Notes: generated by a model from the letters alone, not told the origin. DNA of 64,000 nucleotides from an uncultured Muribaculaceae bacterium (GCA_905233845.1 CAJOFH010000003.1:7693-71692), one strand, 5' to 3'. Positions 48,791 through 59,700 are shown, counted from the first letter of the stretch. Made by a program: numbers and translations.

Positions 48791-49972
48791 TTATTTCCAA
48801 GGATCTGCTGGTTCAAGATGGATTTGTCTTGTGGTACCATCGCGGCCTTTGACCACAAGGTCTTGTGATGGCAAGTTATAGACTTCTCGCTCTTCGTCCC
48901 ACGTGTAGTCTTCCACTTTCTTTCCGTTGACCGAGAGGATAATGTCATTGAGCCGCAGTCCTGAGGTTGCAGCTGCTCCTCCACGGTTAAGGCTGCTCAC
49001 AATCCATCCCATCCCAATGTCGGTGCGGTTTCGGAAACTGTAGCCGTAAGATACACGATCTTCTTTGCTTGGCTTGAACCGCTTGAGGTACATGAATCCA
49101 GCGCTAGCGTCAATTATGATATTGTAATTTGACCAGATGTTGTTTCCAATTGTTCCAAGGTATTCTCGGTTGCTAAATGCTCCCACACCTTCAGGTATAT
49201 AATCAAATTCTTCATTGGTTATAGTGTCATTGCCAATAATGAATTTTTGCGATTTCATTGTGACTATCGTTTCTAGTTCCTTGCCGCCAAGGCCGAATTG
49301 GGTGTGGTCAGTGACAAGTCTCTTTCCCTCGATAGTCTCAAGTGAGTGTTGATGTGTCGTTGCTGCTGTGAAGTCGATTGTGCCGCCACCGCCAGTGTCC
49401 ATCAGGTAGGTACCTTTTATTCTTTTGCCAGCAACAACAGTCTCGGCTTGGAGCAAGATGCGTTTGTCCTTGTAAGTGATTGGGACTTTCATATAGCCAT
49501 CAACTCGTGGTTTGCCTCCAATGTGCTGTTTGATGTAGCCGTGCTCAAAATTTATTTCAAACGGGTGATTCATTATGTCCTTGATACCCATAATGCCATC
49601 TACATGACAGTCGACCACATCTCGTAGCTTGAAAATGGGTACATACTCAAATTTCTCAGCGTGGTTGCCTGTCTTGACTGTTGCAGGTTCAAATATGACG
49701 CGCACTTTGGTTTTGCCTGCGGCACCTCCTGCCATTGCCTGCCCCATCTTTTGGGGTTTCCAGGCTGAGTGGGCAAGGAACACACTGTCGACACCAAACA
49801 TGTCGGCCCCACCAGTGTCGAACACCACTCTGCATTGAGTTGAATTATTAACCTTTGCATCAAGGTAAAGGTGCCCACGATATAGGAAAGGAATGCTGTC
49901 GCCTGACTGATTAGCAGCCAAGGCGGTTATTGCTGTGAGCCAAAGCGATATGGAGAGTAAAAAATATTTCAT
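48791..49972 (-). CDS. Secreted aspartyl protease (two retropepsin-like domains) plus PDZ
   Basis: VFDTGG and LMDTGG motifs; C-terminal GLRLNDIILSVNG PDZ. Confidence 0.8.
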   Translation of the reverse strand: MKYFLLSISLWLTAITALAANQSGDSIPFLYRGHLYLDAKVNNSTQCRVVFDTGGADMFGVDSVFLAHSAWKPQKMGQAMAGGAAGKTKVRVIFEPATVKTGNHAEKFEYVPIFKLRDVVDCHVDGIMGIKDIMNHPFEINFEHGYIKQHIGGKPRVDGYMKVPITYKDKRILLQAETVVAGKRIKGTYLMDTGGGGTIDFTAATTHQHSLETIEGKRLVTDHTQFGLGGKELETIVTMKSQKFIIGNDTITNEEFDYIPEGVGAFSNREYLGTIGNNIWSNYNIIIDASAGFMYLKRFKPSKEDRVSYGYSFRNRTDIGMGWIVSSLNRGGAAATSGLRLNDIILSVNGKKVEDYTWDEEREVYNLPSQDLVVKGRDGTTRQIHLEPADPWK

Positions 49973-50017
49973 TCTTCTCGTTGTTAAAAAGTCAATAAAG
50001 AAGAGATTTGTGATTGA

Positions 50018-50524
50018 TCATGGCTTGGCGCGGCGGGCGAGCTCAAAGAGGCCTGTTGGAAGATGGCAGTAGCCGTCGGGGTTCTTGTCGAGGTAGTCCT
50101 GATGGTATTCCTCGGCAGGGTAGAAACAGGCGAGGGGAAGGACCTCGGTAACAATAGGTTTGTAGTAGCGCTCGGCCTCAACAGCTACTCGCTGCTTGAT
50201 GATGGGCAGGTCGGCAGGATTGGTATAGTAGATGCCTGTGCGGTACTGTGGGCCCACATCGGGGCCCTGTTGGTCCTCAACAGTTGGGTCTATGGCGGTG
50301 AAGAACATGTCGAGCAGGAACTCCAACCCAATCCTTTCGGGGTCATAGACCACCTTGACCGTCTCGGCATGACCAGTTTTATGAGTGCACACTTGTTCGT
50401 ATGTTGGGTTTTCGACAGTGCCGTTGGCATATCCCACTTGCGTGTCGACCACGCCTTCAATCAGTTTGAAAAAATGCTCGGTCCCCCAAAAGCATCCTCC
50501 AGCCAGATAAATTTCTCGTGTCAT
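50018..50524 (-). CDS. msrA: Peptide-methionine (S)-S-oxide reductase
   Basis: AGGCFWG and AEEYHQDYL. Confidence 0.93.
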   Translation of the reverse strand: MTREIYLAGGCFWGTEHFFKLIEGVVDTQVGYANGTVENPTYEQVCTHKTGHAETVKVVYDPERIGLEFLLDMFFTAIDPTVEDQQGPDVGPQYRTGIYYTNPADLPIIKQRVAVEAERYYKPIVTEVLPLACFYPAEEYHQDYLDKNPDGYCHLPTGLFELARRAKP

Positions 50525-50660
50525 GATATTTTTTTGTATTGTTTTAGATAATAACGTTTTATCTCGACATAATATTATGAAGTATTCAAAAATAACATTT
50601 CATGGTTGCAAAATCGTGAGAATTTCACTATTTTTGCAGATTCAAATAAAAAGAAAAAGT

Positions 50661-52520
50661 ATGCAAAACGAATTCGTGAGCCTGATAAGTAACCAGGCAA
50701 AGAAATATGGCAACCGCGAGGCGTTGCGATACCGTGATTACCTTACCGATCAGTGGACATCGATGTCCTGGAACAGTTTCAAACAGGACATTGAGCGGTG
50801 TGCCAATGCTTTGCTCCATGCTGGCGTGGAACCACAAGGCAGGGTGGCGGTGTTCTCCCAAAACTGCCCCGAGATCCTGATAACCCATTTCGGGTCGTTC
50901 TACAACCGTGCGATTCCCGTTCCAATATATGCCACCAGTAGCAAGGACGAGGCGGCTTACATTATCAATGATTCGGGTGCCACGGTAATCATGGTGGGCG
51001 GGCAGGAGCAATACGACATCGCTCTACAACTTTTTGACGATTGCCCCAATCTTAAACTCGTAGTGGTGATGAACACCAATGTGGAAATTGAGCAATCAAA
51101 GCGCGTGACCACATGGCGTAAATTCCTGAGCGACGGTGTTCAGGCAGGAGAATTGGCTCGCAGTGCACTTGCAAAGCGCATGGACGAGGGTCGTCCCGAC
51201 GACTTGATGTATCTCATCTACACTTCGGGTACTACAGGCCAACCCAAGGGCGTGATGCTCACCCACAGCAATTTTAGCGCGGCGATGATGGCACATGGTA
51301 TGCGTCTCACCTACGTTGACGATAACGACGTGTCACTCAGCTTTTTACCTTTGAGTCACATCTTTGAGCTTGGATGGACGATGTTTTGCCTGATTCACGG
51401 ATTAGTGGTCGCCATAAACTACAATCCTCATGACATACAACGTGCAGTTAAGGAGATAAGCCCCAACTGCATGTGCAGCGTGCCAAGGTTCTGGGAGAAA
51501 GTTTACACCGCAATTATGGACAATGTGAGCGGTGCCAAGCCTGTGGTTAAAACGCTCTTCAAAACTGCTATCCGCATTGGTAAGGCTCGTAACATCAAGT
51601 ATGCGCGCAATGGACAAAAGGCACCCTATCTCATTGAGAAACAATATCAATACTTTGAGAAGAAGGTCTATTCGCGTTTGCGCAAGGCCATTGGCGTGGA
51701 GAACGGCAAACTTTTCCCCACCGCAGGCGCTATGCTTAGCGACAACATCACCGAGCTGCTCCATGCTGTGGGTATCAACATAGTGATTGGCTACGGATTG
51801 AGCGAGACTAACGCATCGGTGTGCTTCTATCCTAATACCGGCTGGGAACTTGGCACTATTGGCGAGCCAATTCCTGGTGTGAAGGTCAAGATTGGCGACC
51901 AGAACGAGATTCTCGTCAAGGGGCCAACAGTGATGCGTGGCTACTACAACAAGCCTGAAGAGACCGCTCTGGCAATTGATGAAGACGGATGGTTCCATAC
52001 AGGCGACTGCGGTGAGCTCACCGAGAAGGGTCATCTCATTATGACTGAGCGACTCAAAGACCTCTACAAGACAAGCAACGGCAAGTATATCGCTCCGCAG
52101 CAACTTGAGACCCTGCTGGCGCAAGACAAATTCATGGCTCAGGTGGCTGTGATTGGCGATGGACGCAAATATGTGAGTGCGCTCATAGTTCCTGATTTTG
52201 ATGAGTTGGGAATGTGGGCTGCGAAGCACAAAATCAAGTTCAAGAACAACGAGGAACTGGTCAACGATCCCAAGGTACACGAAATGATGGAGAAACTCAT
52301 CAACGAGTACCAGAAGAACCTTGCCAGCTATGAGCAAATAAAGCGTTTCGTGCTGCTCCCACGTCCTTTCTCAATGGAGAATGGTGAACTCACCAACACT
52401 CTGAAAATCAAGCGTGCGGTTGTAAACAAGCGTTACGCCAAGCTCATCGACGCAATGTATGCTATGGACTACCGTCCTAAAGGCAAGAAAGAAGGCCTCG
52501 ATGTGGACCTAAGTCTTTAA
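50661..52520 (+). CDS. Long-chain fatty acid--CoA ligase
   Basis: YTSGTTGQPKG, SFLPLSHIFE, GYGLSET and GWFHTGD. Confidence 0.9.
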   Translation: MQNEFVSLISNQAKKYGNREALRYRDYLTDQWTSMSWNSFKQDIERCANALLHAGVEPQGRVAVFSQNCPEILITHFGSFYNRAIPVPIYATSSKDEAAYIINDSGATVIMVGGQEQYDIALQLFDDCPNLKLVVVMNTNVEIEQSKRVTTWRKFLSDGVQAGELARSALAKRMDEGRPDDLMYLIYTSGTTGQPKGVMLTHSNFSAAMMAHGMRLTYVDDNDVSLSFLPLSHIFELGWTMFCLIHGLVVAINYNPHDIQRAVKEISPNCMCSVPRFWEKVYTAIMDNVSGAKPVVKTLFKTAIRIGKARNIKYARNGQKAPYLIEKQYQYFEKKVYSRLRKAIGVENGKLFPTAGAMLSDNITELLHAVGINIVIGYGLSETNASVCFYPNTGWELGTIGEPIPGVKVKIGDQNEILVKGPTVMRGYYNKPEETALAIDEDGWFHTGDCGELTEKGHLIMTERLKDLYKTSNGKYIAPQQLETLLAQDKFMAQVAVIGDGRKYVSALIVPDFDELGMWAAKHKIKFKNNEELVNDPKVHEMMEKLINEYQKNLASYEQIKRFVLLPRPFSMENGELTNTLKIKRAVVNKRYAKLIDAMYAMDYRPKGKKEGLDVDLSL

Positions 52521-52589
52521 ATATTTTACAATGTGTTCTCCACTCTCCACACTAAACTATAGTATTAACCCCTAAATCATTGAGCTCAG

Positions 52590-53703
52590 ATGATTACAAC
52601 CGACCAACTAAAAGAGATACAAGAACGCAAGGATGCGTTGAGGAGGTATCTTTGACGTCGACAACAAGAAAATTCAATTAGAAGAAGAGGAATTGCGCAC
52701 TCATGTGCCCGATTTCTGGAGTGACCAAAAGAAAGCCGAACAGCAGATGCGCAAAATCAAGACGCTGAAAATGTGGATTGAGAGATGCGCCGAAGTGGAG
52801 GCGGCTGTGGGTGAAGTGGAAGTGGGTTTCGACTTCGTGAAGGAAGGTGTGCTCACCGAAGACGAACTCGACGAACTCTACAATGATGCTCTCGACAAAA
52901 TAGAGAAGCTTGAACTACGCAACATGCTGCGGCGTGAAGAAGACAAGCTTAGCGCCATCATGAAGATTAACTCTGGTGCTGGTGGCACCGAGAGTCAGGA
53001 CTGGGCGTCGATGCTCATGCGCATGTATCTGCGATGGTGTGAGAAGCACGGCTACAAGACTGCCATACAGCACATGGTAGATGGCGACGAGGCAGGCATC
53101 AAGAGCGTAACAATAGGTATAGAAGGCGATTTCGCTTACGGATACCTCAAGAGCGAGAATGGCGTGCATCGACTGGTGCGTGTGTCGCCCTATAACGCTC
53201 AAGGTAAGCGTATGACCTCGTTTGCCTCGGTTTTTGTGAGTCCTATGGTCGATGACACTATCGAGATTGTCCTTGATCCGTCACGCATCTCGTGGGACAC
53301 CTTCCGTAGCAGTGGCGCAGGTGGTCAGAACGTGAACAAAGTTGAGAGTGGTGTGCGCGTGCGTTACCAGTACAAAGACCCCTACACTGGCGAGGAAGAG
53401 GAAATCCTCGTCGAGAACACCGAGACGCGCGATCAGCCTAAGAACCGCGAGAATGCTCTGCGAAACCTCAAGTCAATCCTTTATAATAAGGAGCTCGAGC
53501 ACCGTCGCGAGGAGCAACGCAAAATCGAAGACAGCAAGAAGAAGATAGAGTGGGGTAGTCAGATACGCAGCTACGTCTTCGATGACCGCCGCGTCAAGGA
53601 CCACCGCACCAATTACCAGACCAGCAACGTAGGCGCCGTAATGGACGGCGACATCGACAACTTCATCAAAGCCTATCTAATGGAATTCGCCACCGACGAG
53701 TAA
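52590..53703 (+). CDS. prfB: Peptide chain release factor 2 with programmed +1 frameshift
   Basis: MITTDQ...RRYL, then CTT TGA C (52650-52656) with internal AGGAGG; the +1 frame continues DVDNKK...; SPY (SPF-equivalent) and GGQ motifs. Confidence 0.96.
52641..52656 (+). promoter_or_regulatory. RF2 +1 frameshift site (internal SD plus CTTTGAC)
   Basis: AGGAGGTATCTTTGAC read directly. Confidence 0.95.
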
Positions 53704-53712
53704 AATTTTAAA

Positions 53713-54302
53713 AAAGACAATTAAGGACAATAGTTTTTGTTTCTTTTTTATTAAGGACAATTAGTTGCAACTATGATAGATATAAATGCTTTAAAAAGTG
53801 AAGTTTTTGATGTGATAAGGGCCATCTATGATGTTCACAATGTTTTGGGGCCAGGACTTACCGAATCATGCTATCAAGAGGGTTTACAACTTGAGTTCAA
53901 AGAAAAGAAAATTCCTTTTGTTCGTGAAATGTCTTTCCATCCTCAGTATCGTGGTATTACTATGGAGTCTACTTTCCGTGTGGATTTCGTTTGCAAAGAT
54001 GATATTGTGGTGGAGTGCAAGGCGGTTACTGATGTAATGGGTGTCCATCGAGCACAACTATTTAATTATATGAGACTTCTGCAAAAACAATGTGGTATTT
54101 TAGTCAATTTCTACCCGTTTTCGGCTGAAGTAGAAAGGTATTTCTATGATGAGGAAACTAATCAAATTGTTGCTACAGATGGCCATGTGATATATAATTA
54201 TAATAGAAGAAAATAAAGGGTTAGGGACGATATGTGCTCATGAGTGTAATTTAATTGTCTTTAATAATAGATAAACAAAGATTATTGTCCATAATAGTCG
54301 TT
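53713..54302. mobile_element. Putative GxxExxY element bounded by 50-bp inverted repeats
   Basis: 53713-53762 against the reverse complement of 54253-54302 matches 41/50 by hand count; three GACAAT/ATTGTC boxes per arm. Confidence 0.7.
53773..54216 (+). CDS. GxxExxY protein (PD-(D/E)XK nuclease-like)
   Basis: HNVLGPGLTESCYQ (GxxExxY), RVDFVCKDDIVVECK and HRAQLFNYM...GILVNF; AT-rich. Confidence 0.9.
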   Translation: MIDINALKSEVFDVIRAIYDVHNVLGPGLTESCYQEGLQLEFKEKKIPFVREMSFHPQYRGITMESTFRVDFVCKDDIVVECKAVTDVMGVHRAQLFNYMRLLQKQCGILVNFYPFSAEVERYFYDEETNQIVATDGHVIYNYNRRK

Positions 54303-54303
54303 T

Positions 54304-55092
54304 ATGAATAATATGCGTAAGAAGCTTACTATAGTAAATGTTGAGGGCGTGGTGGTTGAGGATCCTGAGAACCTGCGCGCTTTGATTCGTGACTTTGCCG
54401 CTATCAAGGGATTGAAGCTCTTTGTGCATGGCGAGGGCACGATGGCGACGATGGTAGCCGAAAAGATGGGCATCACCATTCGCCAGACTCACGACGGCCG
54501 CGACATCATCGACGACCGAGTGATGGATCTCGTGACAATGGTCTATGGCGGACTGGTCAACAAGCGGCTTGTCGCCATTATGCAGTGGCGAGGGCTTAAC
54601 GCTTTGGGCCTCACTGGTGTAGACCTTAACCTCGTGCAGAGCAACAAGGTGCCTATCAAACCAGTGAATGTAGGCCGTGTGGGCATCGTACGGCGAGTGA
54701 ATTCGTCGATGCTCATCAAACTGCTTGAGGAGAATGTGGTGCCAGTGATTGCGCCGCTCACCCATGACGGCAAGGGCAACTTGCTTAATGGTGATGTTAA
54801 AACGTTTGCTTACGAGATAGCTCGCACCCTAACCATCGCCTTTGATGTTACTATTATTAATGTAATGGGAGAAGAAAACGGTGTGCTCACTAATGAGAAC
54901 AACCCTGAAAGTGTCATTCCCCTGCTTCGACGTGCTCAGTATAAGGCTTTACGTGAGGATGGAATCATTAAGCCTTCGGCATTTCCCACTATCGATAACG
55001 CCTTCTCGGCTATCGACCATGGCGTGAAAGAAGTGGTGCTTATCAACGCTGCTCGATTTAGCGACCTTCATGGTGGCACACACTTTAAATAG
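54304..55092 (+). CDS. Acetylglutamate kinase-like protein with degenerate catalytic motifs
   Basis: TMVYGGLVNK, GLTGVD and PVIAPLTHDGKGNLLN are ArgB-like, but the motifs read NVEG, HGEG, DVK and FPT. Confidence 0.75.
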   Translation: MNNMRKKLTIVNVEGVVVEDPENLRALIRDFAAIKGLKLFVHGEGTMATMVAEKMGITIRQTHDGRDIIDDRVMDLVTMVYGGLVNKRLVAIMQWRGLNALGLTGVDLNLVQSNKVPIKPVNVGRVGIVRRVNSSMLIKLLEENVVPVIAPLTHDGKGNLLNGDVKTFAYEIARTLTIAFDVTIINVMGEENGVLTNENNPESVIPLLRRAQYKALREDGIIKPSAFPTIDNAFSAIDHGVKEVVLINAARFSDLHGGTHFK

Positions 55093-55129
55093 TTCATGGT
55101 TTACGGCATTCTTGATAAAAAAATCTCCC

Positions 55130-56404
55130 TTGAAACTTTATAAGGCTAATATTATCTTCACTCGCGAGAAGGACCGATTTGAGGTCGTGGAACACGGCTA
55201 TGTGGGCGTGGAGAATGGGCGTGTCGTGGGCGTGGCAAGTAGCTCTGATGCCTTTGACAGGGAGGTCGAGGAGGTGATTGACTACGGCGATTGTCTGCTT
55301 ATCCCAGCCATGAACGACCTGCACGTGCATGCTGCACAATATCGCAATCAAGGTGTTGCTATGGACTTGAAGCTGATGGAGTGGCTCAAGACTTACACGT
55401 TTCCCGAGGAGGCGAAATATAGCGACACGCACTACGCCGAGCGCATGTACAGCCGTTTTGTGCGGGACTTGTGGCGCTTTGGCACTATGCGTGCAGCGGT
55501 TTTTGCCTCGGTCCATCTCGAGAGCACGCGAGTGCTTATGAATTTGTTCCGAGAGGCGGGTATGGGAGCCTTTGTCGGCAAGGTTAATATGGACCAGAAT
55601 GCTATCGATGCGCTCTATGAGACAGTAGAAGATGCTGTTGCCAATAACGAAGCACTCATTGCTGAGTGGAGCGACCCTGACAGTCTAGTACGACCAATCA
55701 TCACTCCTCGCTTTGTTCCCTCGTGTTCATCGGCCATGTTGAGGTCTTGTGGTGAGTTGGCAAAGCGTTATCAGTTGCCTGTGCAGTCTCACCTGTCAGA
55801 GAATCACAATGAGATTGCCTGGGTGCGAAAGCTTGAGCCCGAGAGCCGTTTCTATGGCGATGCCTACGACCGCTATGGCCTCTTTGGTCAGACACCAACC
55901 ATTATGGCGCACTGTGTCTACTCGGCAGACGAGGAGCTGGATTTGATGGAGCGTCGCGACATTATGGTGGCTCATTGCCCCACGTCAAACTTGAACTTGA
56001 GCACCGATATATCGCCCATCCGCAGTTTCCTAAATCGAGGCTTGAAGGTTGGCCTTGGTAGCGATATCAGTGGTGGGCATGACTTGAGCATAATGCGCAT
56101 GATGGCCTATGCAATACAGGTGAGCAAGTTATGGTACAATCGCGACCGAAGGAGGCAGTTCCTCACGCTCTCCGAGGCTTTTTGGCTTGCCACCAAGTCG
56201 GGAGGCAGCTTCTTTGGACGCGTGGGTAGCTTTGAGCCTGGCTACGAGTTTGATGCCCTCGTCATCGACGACAGCACCTTTAACCATGACAACTACTCGT
56301 TGCTCAACCGTCTTGAGCGCTTCATTTACATGGGCGACGACCGTCACATCGCAGTACGCTTCTGCCGTGGTCGTGAAATTCCCGAGCCACGCATCCTAGA
56401 CTAA
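55130..56404 (+). CDS. guaD: Guanine deaminase
   Basis: DLHVHAAQY, ITPRFVPSC, QSHLSEN, MAHCV, HCPTSN, GLGSD.SGG and GSFEPG.EFDA. Probable TTG start at 55130. Confidence 0.85.
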   Translation: MKLYKANIIFTREKDRFEVVEHGYVGVENGRVVGVASSSDAFDREVEEVIDYGDCLLIPAMNDLHVHAAQYRNQGVAMDLKLMEWLKTYTFPEEAKYSDTHYAERMYSRFVRDLWRFGTMRAAVFASVHLESTRVLMNLFREAGMGAFVGKVNMDQNAIDALYETVEDAVANNEALIAEWSDPDSLVRPIITPRFVPSCSSAMLRSCGELAKRYQLPVQSHLSENHNEIAWVRKLEPESRFYGDAYDRYGLFGQTPTIMAHCVYSADEELDLMERRDIMVAHCPTSNLNLSTDISPIRSFLNRGLKVGLGSDISGGHDLSIMRMMAYAIQVSKLWYNRDRRRQFLTLSEAFWLATKSGGSFFGRVGSFEPGYEFDALVIDDSTFNHDNYSLLNRLERFIYMGDDRHIAVRFCRGREIPEPRILD

Positions 56405-56465
56405 ACCTCCCAGTGCATCGAAATAGTGAATCCTTAAAAACCATCCTTCAGATGTGTTCTTAATT

Positions 56466-56483
56466 CTAATTACCAATTTGGGT
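56466..56483. mobile_element. Solo IS982-like right end
   Basis: CTAATTACCAATTTGGGT-TAA against the MITE end CTAATGACCGATTTGGGT-TAA matches 16/18. Confidence 0.55.
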
Positions 56484-56746
56484 TAATTGCTATCGATCGC
56501 AAGGATGTGATTGTGATTCCTCAAGCTGCTGTGGTGCGTCTGCAAGACAAATCTTTAGTGTATAGAGTGCAGCCCGACAGTACTGCTACCGAAGTTACAG
56601 TGATGACAACCGATGCAGGTAATGGCAAGGATGTGATTGTGATTGCGGGTCTAAGTGTGGGCGACCGCATCGTTACCGTTGGAGCCAATAATGTTCAGGA
56701 TGGACAACGTGTATTGTTCCCCGCCGAAGCAAAAAAAGAAGACTAA
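56484..56746 (+). pseudogene. 3' fragment of RND periplasmic adaptor (MFP)
   Basis: IAIDRKDVIVIPQAAVVRLQDKSLVYRV...GLSVGDRIVTVG is an MFP C-terminus; no N-terminal part upstream. Confidence 0.8.
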
Positions 56747-56749
56747 AGA

Positions 56750-59700
56750 ATGAAAAATAATATTTTCATAAACAAGTATGTGATGGCGTGCGCCATAGCA
56801 ATTGTCATCACGATGGTGGGCATCATTTGCATGAGCACTCTGCCCATTGAGCAGTACCCGAACATTGCACCGCCCACGGTGCGTGTGTCGACATCCTATA
56901 CTGGTGCCGACGCCAACACTATCATGAAGTCGGTGGTTCAGCCTTTGGAAGAAAATATCAATGGTGTGCCAGGCATGACCTATATCACCAGTTCGGCATC
57001 GGCATCGGGCGACGTCTCGATTCAAGTCTATTTTGAGCAAGGTACCGACCCCGACTTGGCTGCCGTGAACGTGCAGAACCGCGTCAGTCGTGCCTCGGCA
57101 TTGTTGCCCTCCGAGGTGACTAAGGTGGGTGTGCAGGTGATGAAGCAGCAGAGTAATATCTTGCACATTGGAGCAATGAAGAGCGTAGACGGAAAATACG
57201 ATACCGACTTTATAGCCAATTACATCGACATCAATGTGAAACCACGACTTATGCGTATCACCGGTGTGGGCGATGTGATGGCGCTGGGTAACACCTACGC
57301 GCTGCGCATTTGGCTAAAGCCTGATGTGATGGCGCAGTATGGACTTGATCCTAACGATATATTCGCGGCAATTGGTGGACAGAGTTTCGTCGCTGCCACT
57401 GGTTCGCTCGGTGAGCAGTCCGAGAATGCCTACCAGTATTCGATGGAGTACAGGGGCACGCTAAAGACTGTCGAGGAATTTAACGACATTGTGCTGCGCT
57501 CAACCGATGGTGGACACTTGTTGCATTTGAGAGATGTCGCCGACGTGGAGATTGGAGCAGTGAGCTACAACTTCACATCAAACATTGACGGCAAGCCAGG
57601 AACCATTTACATGGTGTTCCAGGCTCCAGGTGCTAATGCTACCGAAGTAAACGCCCGCATCAATAAACTCTACGAGGAGCTGAAGCCTACAATGCCTGCT
57701 GGTCTGGAGTTTGAGATTTTGGAGACCAGCGATGACTTCCTCTTTGCCGCTATCCACAACGTGGTGGAGACGCTTGTCATCGCCATCATCCTTGTGGTTC
57801 TCGTGGTGTATTTCTTCCTGCAGAGCTTCAAGGCTACGGTCATCCCCTCGTTGTCGATTATTGTGTCATTATTGGGAACCTTCGCCATTGTGTCGATCGC
57901 GGGATTCTCGCTGAATATATTGACGTTATTCGCCTTAGTGCTGGCCATCGGTACGGTGGTCGATGATGCCATTGTGGTCGTCGAGGCGGTGATGGCGAAA
58001 ATGGAGGGTGGCATTACCGACGCTAAGCAAGCCACCCGTGAAGCTATGAGTGAGGTGTCGGTAGCAGTTATTTCATGCACCTTGGTGTTTATGGCGGTGT
58101 TCATCCCCGTTGCATTTATGCCTGGCACGTCTGGCTCGTTCTTCACTCAGTTTGGTGTCACTCTGGCTTCGGCGGTAGGATTGTCGTGCGTGTCGGCGCT
58201 GACGCTGTGTCCCGCCCTCTGTGGCATCATGATGCGATTTTCTAAGGATGGTAAGGAGAAAAAGAATCTGAACTACTACGTTACCAAGGCCTACACAGCC
58301 AGTTATAACGCAATCCTTAAGAAGTACAAGAAGAGTGTTGGTGGCTTCATCAAGCATCCGTGGATTTCGGGGGCGTTGCTTGTTGCAGCTGCTGTGTTGC
58401 TAATCTTCTTTATGCGTGGTCTCCCTTTTGGTCTTGTGCCTCAGGAGGATCAAGGTGTGTTCTTCGCCGAAGTGCGTGCGCCCGAGGGTTGCACGCTCCA
58501 TGAGACACAGGAGATTGTCAAAAAGGTAGAGGAAAAGGTAAAGAAGATTCCCGAGCTTGAAAACTACGCTGTGGTAAGCGGCTATGGCATGATGGCAGGA
58601 CGCTCAGGTAGTTGTTATGCCACGCTCATTATTCGCTTGAAGAACTGGGACGATCGCCCTGGTATGAACCACAACATCATGCTCGTTTATGGTCGCTTCG
58701 CTTTTGACTGTAAGGAGATTAAGAATGCGAAGGTTATACCATTCCAGATGCCTCAAGTGCCTGGTTACGGCTCTAACAGCAGCGTGAACCTTGTGTTGCA
58801 GGATATGCAGGACCGTCCAATGTCGGAATTCAATGTCGATGCTACCAAGTTCCTTACCAAGTTGAATGAGCGTCCTGAGATAATGATGGCGATGTCGACC
58901 TATTCCGAGCGGTTCCCGAAATATCAGGTTGATGTTGATGCCATCCAGTGCGATCGTGCTGGTGTCACACCTGCAACCGTACTCCGAACACTTGGCTCTT
59001 ACTGCGGAGGCTCTTACGTAGGCAACTTTAACCAGTTTGGTAAGGTGTATCGCATTATGGCGAATGCTGCGCCTGAATACCGTCTCGACCCTTCGTCGCT
59101 TAACAATATCTTCATGCGTGTGAAAGGTGGAGAAATGGCTCCTATCTCGGAATTTGTAACGCTGAGGGAAATTGTTGGTTCGGCATCGGTCGATCACTTC
59201 AACTTGTTCCAGAGTATCACTTGCGGTGTGATGACTGCCAGTGGATTCTCCGAGGGCGATGCTCACAAGGCAATTGCCGAGGTGTTTAAAGAGGAGATGC
59301 CTAATGGCTACAGCTATGAATACGGTGGCATGTCGCGCGAGGTGGAAGAGGCATCAGGCTCCAACGCCACAGCCCTCATCTATTGCATTTGTGCTATCCT
59401 TATCTACCTTATACTGGCTTCGCTATACAACTCATGGTTCACGCCAATGGCTGTGTTGCTTAGTGTGCCCTTCGGACTGATGGGTTCGTTTGGCGCCGTA
59501 TGGCTGGTGTCATTGCTTCACTTGCCAGGCATGGAGAACAACATCTACTTGCAGACGGGTGTGATTATGCTCATTGGATTGCTCGCTAAGACAGCCATTC
59601 TTATCACCGAGTTCGCCTCGGAGCGACGCGAGCAGGGCTTGTCAATTCGTGATGCGGCATTTGCTGCCTGTGAGGAGCGTCTGCGACCCATCCTGATGAC

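Noticed and set aside
52590-52692. Apparent truncation of prfB
   Set aside because: This is the well-known programmed +1 frameshift, not a pseudogene and not novel.
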